NCBI GenBank assembly: GCA_964016885.1
Contig: OZ024742.1
Span: 80,538,001 to 80,602,000, forward strand
Direction of reading: 5' to 3'
Length of the DNA: 64,000 nt
Origin: Eledone cirrhosa
Lineage: Eukaryota
Shown piece after piece: positions 1 through 13,300 of this stretch (position 1 is the first letter of the stretch; each line of letters begins with the position of its first letter). A program made the translations under genes and the position numbers. Under the pieces are notes generated by a model, which was not told the origin of the DNA, did not search any database, and worked only from the letters and a program-made list of their open reading frames with translations.

Positions 1-97
1 TTTTGATGTTCTTTTGGGAGAATCGTTTTTTGCAAATTACTGAAAATATCGAAAAATGTACACCATTTGTACCAGTATCACAAAAATACTGGTCCAT

Positions 98-138
<41 letters not shown>

Positions 139-592
139 CACACACACGCACACATACACACATATACACACACACACATACACACGCGTGCACTAACATA
201 CAAACAGACATACACACACCCACGCACACACACATACACTTCTCCGTATAAGACAAGAGCTGAAAAATATCTTTCAACATGTTAAAATATCCCCCTACTC
301 ATACACACACATTCCTACTGACCGAATTTATTCCCTGCTACACACACACACACACACACATATTTCTCTTAATAGACACCTGAACTGTTGACCTTTCAAC
401 ATGACTGCAATTCACACACACATCCCTACTGACCATTATCACAACAATGAACTTCTTTACTACACACACACACACACATATTTGTCTTAAAAGACTTATT
501 TTTCAGTGACTTCTCAATCAGGTGAAAAAGGACACTCTTCGACAAACCTACATTTGGCGCAAAATCATTTTTGCTCCAAATTCCTATTACTA

Positions 593-624
<32 letters not shown>

Positions 625-668
625 ATATATATATATTTAATTAGAAAGTGAACGAAAAAATATTGCTA

Positions 669-736
669 CTCCATTACCAAAGGTTTCTGGATCCCAGAAA
701 ATAGTAATATACGTCTGGAACAGTTATCAGACAGAG
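669..736 (-). ncRNA. Degenerate type I hammerhead motif in Naiad-like pLTR (related copies near 1380-1446 minus and 2246-2313 plus)
   Basis: Minus strand reads ctctgt CTGATAA [ttccaga...tctggga] GAAAC CTTTG GTA atggag. Stem I pairs, but core position 8 is not G in any copy. Confidence 0.45.
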
Positions 737-849
737 ATGTTATGGATAAAAAATATGAAATGAGATTTATAATGTGTTAAAAATTGTAAGTGAGGCTTGA
801 AAAATAACGGGAAATACACATAAGAAAATAACACCCTTTATAATATAAA

Positions 850-921
850 TAATTGTTTCTAGTTTTGGCACAAGGCCAGCAATTAACCAGTGTATTACTG
901 GTACTTTATTTGATCAACCCC
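850..921 (-). mobile_element. SINE 3' fragment
   Basis: Matches the 3' end of the SINE at 8068-8257. Confidence 0.7.
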
Positions 922-1133
922 ATAAATAAATTAAAAATTGATAATAGAATTGTTTTGACTACAAGCATTTCTGCAACACGAATTGGCGCGAAATTTATAG
1001 TACTCATTCACGTGACATTCAACAACCAACCAAATCTTAATACCTCTGGAGCCACTTTTTTCACATAAAACAGGAAGAATTTCCAAAAGTGATCAGATTA
1101 GAGCAAACATCACCAGCGCTCTATCTCAAACTT

Positions 1134-1170
1134 ATTTTTGAAAAGCATTAGAAATGCGCAACCGGTAAAT
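1134..1170 (+). ncRNA. Variant minimal hammerhead motif (UUGAAAA core, GCAA instead of GAAA)
   Basis: TTGAAAA GCATT AGA AATGC GCAAC CG GTA. Same motif at 5948-5984 (-) and 35055-35091 (+). Confidence 0.45.
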
Positions 1171-1287
1171 ACTTAAATCTAAAACTGAATACTAACGAAT
1201 ACTTATTACTAATTTAAACTTATTCCTAATTAAACTATTTTTCACTGAGAAAAATTTGTCAGCATATTCTTTTCCGTTTACCTTTCA

Positions 1288-1353
<66 letters not shown>

Positions 1354-1357
<4 letters not shown>

Positions 1358-2348
1358 ATTAGAAAGTAAATATAGCTACTCATTAGCAAAGGTTTCTGGA
1401 TACCAGAAAATAGTAATATACGTCTGGATTGGTGATCAGACAGAGATGTTATGGATAAAAAATATGAAATGAGATTTATAATCTGTTAAAAATTGTAAGT
1501 GAGGCTGGAAAAATAACGGGAAATACACATAAGAAAATAACACCCTTTATAATATAAATAATGAAGCAAAAGACATTGCAAATAACTTAAACATTGATAA
1601 TAGAACTGAAAGCCTAGCTAAACGTAAAGCCTATATGACACTGAAAGACCACAACATAGATTTTAATAAGGGACCTAGTTGTAGACTCATTAATCCTGCT
1701 AAATGAGAAATTAGTCTTGCCAGTAAAAAAATATTAAGAAATATAATATTAAAAATAACAATTAAAACAGAACTTTATCAATGGCTTAATACATCTTCAG
1801 TAGTTTCATGGTTTAATATTATACCTGAATGAAATAGATCTAGATTCACTCAATTCGATATAGTAGACTTCTAACTCTCTATTGCTCAATCCTTATTAGC
1901 CAAAGCATTAGAATTCGCTAAAAATTACACTAATATATTTGATTTAGAAGAGGAAGTAATTTTACATGCCCGGCAAACTCTACTTTTTGCCAAAAATGAA
2001 TCTTGGGTAAAACATTGAAACGCAGAAAACCCTATGGGTTGCTTTGACAGTGCCGATGTGTGTGATTGTGTCGGTTTGTTCCTTCTATACACAATAAGGG
2101 GAAACACTCCCAGGTCACACTATCGGGTTATATCGAGACGGCGGACTAGCAGTCTCACATACCACCAATGCCATGACCTCGACACTTACAATTTTTAACA
2201 GATTTTAAATCTCATCTCTCATATCATATTTTTTAACCATAACATCTCTGTGTGACTACCGATCCAGACGTATATTCTTATTGTCTGGGATCCAGAAACA
2301 TTTGGTAATGGCGTAGTTATATTTTGTGTTGTTCACTTTCTAATTAAA
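1354..2348 (+). mobile_element. Internally deleted Naiad-like PLE: RT pseudogene (about 1508-2182) between inverted pLTRs (1354-1505 and 2183-2348)
   Basis: Translates to TLKDH..FNKGPSCRLINPAK*EI..QWLNTSSVVSWF..FTQFDIVDF*..MGCFDSADVCDCVG..IGLYRDGGL, with stops and a frameshift. Flanks are reverse complements of each other. 637-852 duplicates the left junction. Confidence 0.8.
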
Positions 2349-2759
2349 TAGCTCTGTTCTATACATAGAGCACTCTTTTTTCTTTTGCTTTCCTTCGGAA
2401 TTACCTAACACACACACACATACACACACACACACATACACATACACACACACACATATATATATATAGGTATTAGGGTGTAAATTAATTGCGTGCACAG
2501 GGTGTGTGCCGAATGAGCACTCGATGCTCTTGGGGAGCAGAGTATCAATAGTATTAATATATAAGGTAACACACAATAAGTGTTGCATCATATATATATT
2601 TATTTACATTTGTCATATGTTTCACTCGAGGAACGATCTATTAATGATCGAACCTGACTTTTGAATCGGAAGCTCCTCATGTATGTTTTAACATGTTGAC
2701 TCGCGTCAGAGAGTGTTTGAATATTATCCCGATACCTTCTTATATGCTAACACAAATTA

Positions 2760-2850
2760 TGCCTTTCATCATTACGGGGTCGATAAAATAAAGTACCAGT
2801 AATGCACTGGGTCATTTCTGGCCTCGTGCCAAAAGTAGAAACAATTATTA
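2760..2850 (+). mobile_element. SINE 3' half
   Basis: gcctttcatc..ggggtcgataaaataaagtaccagt..gtgccaaaagtagaaacaattatt. Confidence 0.75.
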
Positions 2851-2855
2851 ACTTG

Positions 2856-2933
<78 letters not shown>

Positions 2934-2970
2934 AAAGTTAATAATAGTATATAATACATATATATATATA

Positions 2971-3206
2971 TATTAAAATAACAGATTAAAGTTTAAGCAA
3001 AGAATCGCTGCTTTCACCCTTAACGGGATCTTTTGAAACTAACAAAGTAGTTTCAGAAGATCCCGTTAAGGGTGAAAGCAGCGATTCTTTGCTTAAACTT
3101 TAATCTGTTATTTTAATAAATATTTGCTCTACGGTTCTTATATATTTTATATATATTTATCCTTATCGAGCCCTCTTTGGATTTTAGTCTTCAAATTTAT
3201 TATTAT

Positions 3207-3210
<4 letters not shown>
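2971..3210. mobile_element. Fold-back element family F1 (inverted pLTR-like arms 2971-3041 and 3048-3118)
   Basis: Near-perfect inverted repeat with a 6-nt spacer, flanked by (TA)n. Family recurs at 5310-5620, 26612-26848, 26128-26183 and 58255-58366. Confidence 0.8.
3049..3099 (+). ncRNA. Type I hammerhead motif with CAGAAGA (U4A) core; mirror copy at 2990-3040 (-) has a further core mutation
   Basis: agttt CAGAAGA tCCC gttaa GGGt GAA AGCA gcgattctt TGCT T aaact. All three stems pair; predicted triplet CUU. Confidence 0.6.
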
Positions 3211-3250
<40 letters not shown>

Positions 3251-3559
3251 TCGGGTCGCAAATAGTAGGAGGGGGAGGAATAAGCGAGGTCTTGGATATT
3301 TCCTTATATTCTTATAAGAAGTGGTGGGGAAGGTAATTATTTATTGTACGTTCGTCAATATTGTATTTCTTATAATATTCTATTTTATTATATATAATGT
3401 CTTTTTTTATTTTAAAATAAAATTACCATTAGATTCTACAGCTGCTGTATCGATATGAATTACAATAAAATTTCGCCGAGAAATTATTGTAAAATTTAAT
3501 CAGATGGGGATATCTGAAAAATGAATAAGCGTGGGAGGGACGATTATTCAAGTCCTGAG

Positions 3560-4670
3560 AGTAATTGATAGAGAAAGGCGGATTGGGAGAGATTGTTGTA
3601 TCGTAGATATAATTAGGGAGAGAGTTTAGTGATAATTGATTCAGAGAGGAGGATTAGAAGTGAGTACCGTGTAGTAGATATATAGAGAGGGAGAGTATAG
3701 TGGTAATTGATATAAAGGGGGGTGTTAAAAGAGGGTGCTTTGTATGGTAGATATAGAGAGTTGCACAGTGTAGTAGTAAATAATATAGTTGGGGGGGGGG
3801 GGGTTCGAGTGAGTGCGGTGTGGTGGATATAGTGATGGGGAGAATGTAGTATTGACTCATATAGAGAGAGTGTTGTATTTTAGGTACAGGCAGGGGAGAG
3901 TTTGGTGGTTGTAGATATTGGGAGGGGGATAATAAGACAGTGGTTTAGTAGATATATAGAGGATAGGAGTTTATTGTTGACATATATAGAGGAGGTTATT
4001 GGAAGAGAAGGGGAAGGTAGATATACACGGGGGAGGTTTAATGGTGATTGGGAGAGATAGATAGAAATAGATAGAGAGAGGGGAGAGTTTGGTGGTAGTA
4101 AATATAGTGAGGGGGATAATATGAGAGTGCCGTGTAGTAAATAGAGATCAGTGGAGGGTTTGGTGGTAGTGGATATATAGAGAGTGCGTGTTGTAGCTAT
4201 AGAGGGAAGGAGTGTCTAGTGGTAATTGATATAGAGAGGGGAATTAAAAGAGTGTGTTGTATGGTAGATATAGAAAGGGGGATAGTGTGTTGGTAATGTT
4301 TATAAAAGGTGGATTGAGAGAGAGATATGTATGAGAGATATAGAAAGTTAGACAGCGTAGTGGTAATTAATATAGTGAGGGGAATTTCGAGTGAGTGCCG
4401 TGTGGTGGATGTAAAGAGGGTGAGGTTTTGGTAGTAATGGATATAGAGAAATGGGTTGGGATAGTGTGTTTTATATTAAATATAGAGATGATAGATTGAT
4501 TTTTATTGAAATAGAGAGGCGTAATGTGAGTCTGCCGTTTTGTAGATATAGTGGAGCGGAGAATTTGGTGGTGAGGGGTATTGGTATAAATATATAGAGA
4601 GAGTGGGAGTTTTCGGTGTTAACTGATGTAGAGAGGGGATTGGAAGAGTGTTCTGTGTAGTAAATATTAA
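3560..4670. repeat. Degenerate G/A-rich, C-poor minisatellite-like tract
   Basis: Recurring gtagtagatatatagagagggg / gagtttggtggtag modules. Confidence 0.55.
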
Positions 4671-5309
4671 ATAGCTATTCATAGATATTTAATCCTGGGC
4701 CTATGGCGAAGGAGGGGATTGACCTATTTATGATTGCACAGCTAAAGCAAATCCAGGAGTGACGAGAAAACGCACATGAAGTTTGGAAAAAAATATCGTG
4801 CCCTTTCATTTTCCCGGTGACGTGAATAGGTTTATCAACAGCTAGAATTAGCAGCCGAAACAATTCAACAGTAAAAGTTCTACTAATAATATATTTATGA
4901 GCACATTTACAATACTAACAGTATTATAGATGTCATGATTGATAAAATGACAAGCATGCGCCATACCACTTGGATAAGAAGCTCAAAGATTGTAAAGAAT
5001 ATATCCGAGCATTTATTAAAAATTAAAGGTCGATTGACATATGTATAAAGTAAACAACAAATGTTGTCAGGGCATGATGTCTAAAGAGTGTAAACATAGG
5101 TAGCATATTAAAATATAAAGAATATTTCAATAATGACAATAATGATTATTCTTCTCCACCATATTTAGAAATATTAGAAATATGTTTCACCTTTAAATAG
5201 CGAACCATAGATACTTAATCCTGGAAGGTTATACAGATGGTATGGAGCACATTTCTGATTTTCTCAGATATGACATCTATATACATAAAGATATTATAGA
5301 AATAATAAT

Positions 5310-5620
5310 AAATGTGAAGACTAAAATTCAAAGAGTGATTGATAAGGAGAAATATATATCAAATATATAAGGTCCCTGAAGCAAATATTTATTAAAATAA
5401 CAGATTAATGTTTAAGCAAAGAATCGCTGCTTTCACTCTTAAAGGGATCTTCTGAAACGAAAAACAAAAATCTGTGAACGCAGAGGTAAATATTTCGAAA
5501 AAGGTTTTTCAAAATATTTACTTCTGCGTTGACAGATATATATTTTTAGTTTCAGAAGATCCCGTTAAGGTTGAAACAGCGATTCTCCGCTTAAACTTTA
5601 ATCTATTATTTTAATAAATA
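5310..5620. mobile_element. Fold-back family F1 copy with self-complementary spacer; HHR motifs at 5410-5458 (-) and 5548-5597 (+, decayed)
   Basis: Arms match 2971-3118. The spacer 5470-5537 is itself a hairpin. Confidence 0.75.
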
Positions 5621-5720
5621 TAAATGTACATGCATGTATACATAAAAAATATACATATATATATATATATAAATATACATATATATATAAATATACATAT
5701 ATATAAATAAATATAAATAA

Positions 5721-7225
<1,505 letters not shown>

Positions 7226-8067
7226 CCGGCCTATCTTCCTGTCCCCGAGTATACACCTGTCCAAGACAACCGTGACGATATCAAATGCAAGCCTACATTC
7301 AGGAGGTTCGAATGTGGCTTGGACCAACACCGCCTCGCAGCCAAACAAAGGTGCGGGTCTCAAATCAGTGCTCTCCACATAAACCGGTTCCCTTCTTCAT
7401 GAAGATGGCACTCTCACCGAAATAGCTGAAGGCCTCGACCTTCACGGTTTTGAAACATATAAATGCCGATGTCGTCGATGAGTTCGACCTGCACCAATTA
7501 TCATGCTGCTAGTGTGCATACCAGTTTCTCTGACATGCCACTATGAACGACATAATAAGAAAGAACCTCGACACTGCCGGCTTCCCGTCAAAACTGGAGT
7601 CATAAGCCTCGACCGTGATTACAGATACCATCCCGTCTGAATTACACTCTTACCATTCGAAGGATCTAAATCCCTCATTTGGAACATGACATAATGTGAC
7701 ACGTTCTCCTCTTCCAACTTAATCGTCTCAGCCACAAACCTCTCTACCACGGCTCACATTGTAGGAGACAGGAAGACAAGCAAATACCGGGGCTTCCTTT
7801 TTGCACCGCTTGCCCTCGATAACTCTTCCTTCGTCGGAGCGAAGGCAACTGACAACCTCCATCAAATGGGATCGATCGCAGCCTGTGTTACACGTTAATG
7901 TCCGCGGAAACCCCTTTGCCATGTTGTCTGTGCCGCAAAGCCTAACCTCGCTGTACAGGCTTTCAGCCTCTGCTCTTTCCACTTTCTTTCTTCCTTTATC
8001 TAGTAGTATCTGCTCATCCCCTTTTCTGCTCGTGTTTATGACATTTATAAACCTTTGCAATTTATAA

Positions 8068-8257
8068 ATAATTGTTGCTACTATTGGCACAAGGCCAGCA
8101 ATTACCCAGTACATTACTGGTACTTTATTGTATCGACCCCGTAAGGATGAAAGGCAGAGTTAACCTCGCCGGGATTTGAACTCAGAATGGCAAGGGCCGT
8201 AACTCTATGCGTCAAAGCATGCCTCTGACCCTCTACCGATACTGCCAATTCACCGCC
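8068..8257 (-). mobile_element. Full-length tRNA-derived SINE (resembles octopus SINEs)
   Basis: A-box TGGCAGTATCGG, B-box GAGTTCAAATCC, central gcctttcatccttacggggtcgata segment. Six copies in the window. Confidence 0.85.
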
Positions 8258-8543
8258 CACATGGTGGTATTTATAAATAATACCACCATGTTCAGTGATC
8301 TGGTAAGATTTGTTAGAATCATATTGGGAAGATTATAATATATAGACTACCGTCAAAGAAGAGGGATTTATAGTACTTATTCAAATGTTTCATTGAATAT
8401 TCCTTTGATTAGAAAAAACTCAATTAAAATAAAATAAAAAATTCACTTCGTCCATCAACATATTTCATTTTACAATGAAGTAGGTCAATAACAATAGATT
8501 TTCCCTCAGTTTCGTTCTCCTAAATTGTGATGACAGTTCCATC

Positions 8544-8672
<129 letters not shown>

Positions 8673-9171
8673 CTCCCTATCTTCGAACTGCAATTGAGAT
8701 TTGGGCTTAGCTCTCCATTAGTAAACTGCCAATGTTTTATTTTAATTTTAATTTTAATTTTAACTTTAATTTTGTCCTTTAATATGACTGTAATCTTTTT
8801 ATGTAAATTACCATGCTATATTATTATAATGGATGTCAACCCACTGTGGGTCAATATATACATATGTTTCTATATGTCTCTTGTGTTGAAAAGGAGGTCA
8901 AGTATGTTAAAAATCACTGAATAATTGCTCCGAGACTTCAAATCTCGGTTTGGAAGAAACAATTGTAAGCAAATAAATGATTTAAACAGAACTTTGATTC
9001 ATGTAATCTCTATATAACTGCTCTGTAAAACAACTGATGTTGTTACATTGAGCTATTTATCTTACTGGTAATAAGATAGTAATAAATTACTGTCTTTCAC
9101 TATTTAGGGTATAAACTATATATAACTATAAAAGGTTTTAGTATATACATAACCATAAATAGTATCCGTAA

Positions 9172-9207
<36 letters not shown>

Positions 9208-9210
<3 letters not shown>

Positions 9211-9727
9211 TTAAACAATCTTTTAAATAAATTAAAATACGATTCAAATATTTACCTCTTCTCGTGCCATGACCGACGGTTTCGCTTATCAAAAGATTGG
9301 TAATTCAGAGAATTTCCAATGAAAAAGATATAGCTCTTCAGATGGCTTTTCCAAACCTACTAGATATAAATCCACGTAGATATGTATGTGTCACTTTCTG
9401 CACGGTCAATGAATCAAGCCGTTAAAATGATCACCACACTAATGGGCCGTTAGAAAGAGCGGGAATAATAGACTAGTTAATATTCCATGTTACTAGAAAT
9501 AGCAGCATGATACAACATTTTCTTCTGAACATTTAGGAGAATTCAGATAAATGATATAGATATTCCAGTTGGTACTAAGTACCCATGGAAATATATAAGG
9601 TGTCTATAAGAGTGGTTGTTCCATGGTACTAATTTGAGATACCAGAACTGTAAATATGAGCGGAACGAGTAAACATTAAACAATCTTTTAAATAAAGTAA
9701 AATACGATTTAAATATTTACCTCTTCT
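9208..9727 (-). mobile_element. Non-coding HHR element: 465-bp unit plus about 55-bp terminal direct repeat (retrozyme/pLTR-like)
   Basis: acattaaacaatcttttaaataaa..tttacctcttct at 9208 and 9673. Flanked by (TA)n. Contains the HHR at 9266-9346. Confidence 0.7.
9266..9346 (-). ncRNA. Type I hammerhead ribozyme with extended stem II
   Basis: gccat CTGAAGA gct.tatc [hairpin insert] gata.agc GAAAC CG T CG GTC atggc. Canonical core, GUC triplet, 5-bp stem I. Confidence 0.85.
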
Positions 9728-9730
9728 AGT

Positions 9731-9764
<34 letters not shown>

Positions 9765-10302
9765 CTAGCATTAAAGCCCGGTGTTGCTCGGGGTCAGTAA
9801 GTTACCAAAGTTAGGTTGCACCACCCATTTTATGGCAGCACTTTTTTTGTCTGCCAGGCACTGGTTGAATGAATTGCAAACCTGCACTGCCGAAGCAGGA
9901 GCTGCGCCAGCAGTGACAATTGTAGTTTCGCCTATTTATATTATCTCTCTGCAAAGAAGTGTTCACATTTATTGTTTCACAGTACTTGCGCAACACGCTC
10001 GTAGACGATGCCAGCCGAACAACAGAGCTGCGATGGAGTTGTTCTGCATGACATGTTTTAACGGGGGATGGGGTGGATTGAGGGAACCGCAAACACGGGC
10101 CTGAAAACATTGTCGAATTATGACAACCAAAGAAGAGGAAGAGGGTTCATTGTATGGTTGGTGCATCATGTACGTCGGACGTAGCAGATGAGCATGCTGC
10201 TGTGCCGACGGAGGGAGGGAAATAGAGCTGAGCGGAGGCCAGGTGTTGGTGAAGTGTGAAGTAATTGAATAAATTGTTATAAAATTAGGAATCGAGGTAA
10301 TC

Positions 10303-13300
10303 CTATAAAACCTCCTTTGCACAATGTTTTTTTGTTTTTCCTTGCGGAACGAACGCGAAATCATCACTCTTGCTGCCGACACGCGAGCAGCCAACGTAAA
10401 GCTGACCATGAGAGAAACATGGCTCCCCCAAATGTATTCCTGCGACAGACAGTGTTTGCCCCTGAGCTTTGTTAATTGACATTGCGAAGCATGGCCTGAC
10501 CGGGAACTGGGACCTCCGAAATGTGAAAGTTAGGTCTGCTCCTGATGGGAAAAGATGCATCCTCGGTATGAGCACAATCTTGCCCCGACCGACCCCTGTG
10601 ATTATCGTGTCCGCAATCAGATTGGGAGCTAAGGTCGTAAAGACCAAGCGTGTGCCATTGCATTACTTAGGCGGAACCAAATTTCGAATGACCATTATAA
10701 GGGCACCAACTTTAAGTTTCAAAATGTGTGGGGGTAATCCGGGGGGCTCAAAGGAATTTAGTACCTCTATTGGATAGTTGATGACGTCCTCGGGGTCAGG
10801 AGTTCTATCGATATACTTATATACGTAGCCATCCCCTGGAATGAGTTTTAGCATTTGATCATTAATATGATTAACAATATTATTCCTCGGGTCCAGAATA
10901 GCCCTTTGGACAAGCCAATCCATATTCTGATAATTTGCTTGGAGATCTGGGAACACTGCATCCATGAGATCAGAAGGCGTACTAACAACGGTACAAAGTG
11001 AGTCGATGGCAATATTACCCTTTTCATCCCCGGGCGTTTTGCCTTCGCCAAGTGCAAGGAGGGTGTTAGAAAATGCTGCTGATGCGATATCACCTTGCAT
11101 ATGAGCACGCATGTTAATGTGAAGTTTCAGAGTCTTTACCAGAGGCCACAATGCGGATGACTTAAGACACGCACGTACTGCATCAGCTCTAGTCCCCTTG
11201 GGAATAACGGGATGCGTTTGCATGAAGTCGCCTGAAAGAAGAAGTGTTATGCCTCCCATTGGAGCCGTAGAGTCTTTGATGTCTCTCAGAGTTCTATCGA
11301 GCACCCCAAGAGCACCTCTGTGGGCCATCGTGCATTCGTCCCAAACGATAAGCTTGCATCGTCTGAACACTTCTGCCTGATCGGAGGTCTCACTGATGTT
11401 GTAAGTGGGTGTCTCAGTATTCGCTAAGTCAAGCGGGAGCTTGAAATAGGAGTGAGATGTCATGCTGCCCGACAACAAAGTAGCCGCAATTCCAGATGAT
11501 GCCATAGCTAAGGCAATGCCTTTGTTCGCCTAATCTCAGCTAATATTAATTTGGTGACAAAAGTTTTCCCAGTCCCCCCAGGAGCGTCCAGGAAAAACAT
11601 CGCCCCAGCTTTGCCTCGGAGTTGTAAGCGAATTTCTGTTCTGGAAGGAGCTTTGGCTCATTCTCCGCTATGTACTGGGCAAGCTCGTCAACATTATAAG
11701 ATGTCTCACGCAGCAAATCCGAAGACAGAGTGTCTGCGCCTTCCCGGTTTGTTGAAGGTAGGCCATACACAGCCAACGCATTACCGCCCATATCGAGAAG
11801 AGTATCTTCGATTTCAAGCAGCGCCCTGTTGTAAATGAGGTCGCTGTACCCGACCTCCATCGATGTGCTTAACAACTGAGCGTAACGCAGGAAATTTTCA
11901 GACATGTAATCTTTGTAGCTAAGCCATAAAGAGGCCGGAACACCCAAGTCGCACCATTGGAGTAGAATAGCGAAAAGCGATCTTACTCTTTTAGGAGATT
12001 TCAACAAAACGCCCTCTGTCATAGTGGCGCCCCATTGTGAATCATCCTCCAAAAGGCCACGCCTAAAGCAGGCTTCCCGGAAAGTATCATATAATTCACC
12101 GTCAACTGTTCTTATGTATCGAAAGCTTTGTGGGCCAAAAACCTCATGGAGGAGAAGGCGCAGTGAAAACACTCATGCTGGTTGGGAGGTACAGTGTACA
12201 CTCTTCCTAGACAACTGTCAAACTTGACACCAGGATGTCCTTCAACATTCTTGCCTGACTTCCTACGCACCCAAGTGTTGTTTGACCACACGTAGTAGGA
12301 CGGGACCTGAGGATATGAAAGTGTTTTTGCAAATGTGTCAAGTTGGCAAAGCGTAAAAAAACAGTCAAAGTTGTTTCTTTTGGATTGGCCGCCAAATGAG
12401 CAGCAGTCTGTTCAGTAAAGTAATCCCACTGGCCGTTTTCCAAATGAACCGCTATTTGTATGATGGCGAGGTGCCTTTGGTGAAGTAGAAACCCGAATAT
12501 CCGCCAAAAAGCTTCACCACTGCTGATATATCGACCTGCCAAGTGCTCCGAGACCTCGTTCCTGGTATTGTCGTTTTGAAGGCCAAACATGGCAGCGTCG
12601 GAACCCTTGTTAACATATTTACATATGTACTTTATCGACTCCACTGAATGACAGAACACCACATTACTATGAGCGTTGAAAGTTTTCATCAGAAATGGAC
12701 AGTACGGGACCACCCACCTATTATCAACTTGATGACCCCGTATCGTCATAGTGAATCCAACGTTCTCAGGCCGCCTTCGTCTGTACAGTGGGTATCCGTC
12801 GCTGCCGGTCTGGGTCTCCTCATCAAACCTCTTTGGGTATCGTTCAGTGCACACATGGTCCTTGTGACATGAAGAGAACTCTTGAAAACCGGGACCGCAC
12901 GGACCGTCCACCATGTGTTCCTTCACAATGTCCTACAGCTGCCGGTCAACAACGGGGTCCGGTATTTCCGCTGTGATGATGTCATCTAGAACTGTAAGGT
13001 CTATTTTGGTGACCAACCGCGTGTGGCAACCCTCTCTTATGCCACTCATCAGTATACATGTGGCACCTAACAGGCCCGAAAACCTTCCCTTTTTTTATTA
13101 GATCAATTAGCTTAGCCAGCTTCTGCCTGAAAACCCTAGCAATAATATCGGGCGGATGGCAGTACTGCTGCTCTGGGATAAGTTCCCGCGTAACCTCAAC
13201 CCATTTGGTGTTACACGTAAACTTGGTGTTGCCGAACGAACGTCATAGCGTCCTGTGTTCGCTCGTGCATGTACCCCACCCCCGTATAGGTTGAGGGGAG

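Larger units (their letters stand above)
1..1288 (+). mobile_element. Penelope-like element family A, 3' UTR/pLTR fragment (interrupted at about 595-922 by (TA)n, another pLTR and a SINE tail)
   Basis: Colinear with 34259-35210, which follows a GIY-YIG remnant, and with the reverse complement of 5827-6790. Ends in the same HHR-like motif. Confidence 0.7.

Noticed and set aside
1563-2160. In-frame TGA codons in the Naiad-like RT as possible selenocysteine (some Naiads encode selenoproteins)
   Set aside because: The TGAs do not fall at Cys-like positions, a TAA and a frameshift are also present, and no SECIS was seen. This is ordinary decay.
3248-3564. Possible MITE with imperfect tactc... termini
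   Set aside because: Terminal similarity is too weak and there is no second copy in the window.
7226-8010. GC-richer segment with 88-128 aa ORFs
   Set aside because: No diagnostic motif was recognised. It may be a LINE remnant but cannot be assigned by eye.
8160-8257. tRNA gene
   Set aside because: A and B boxes are present but there is no cloverleaf. It is the head of a multi-copy SINE.
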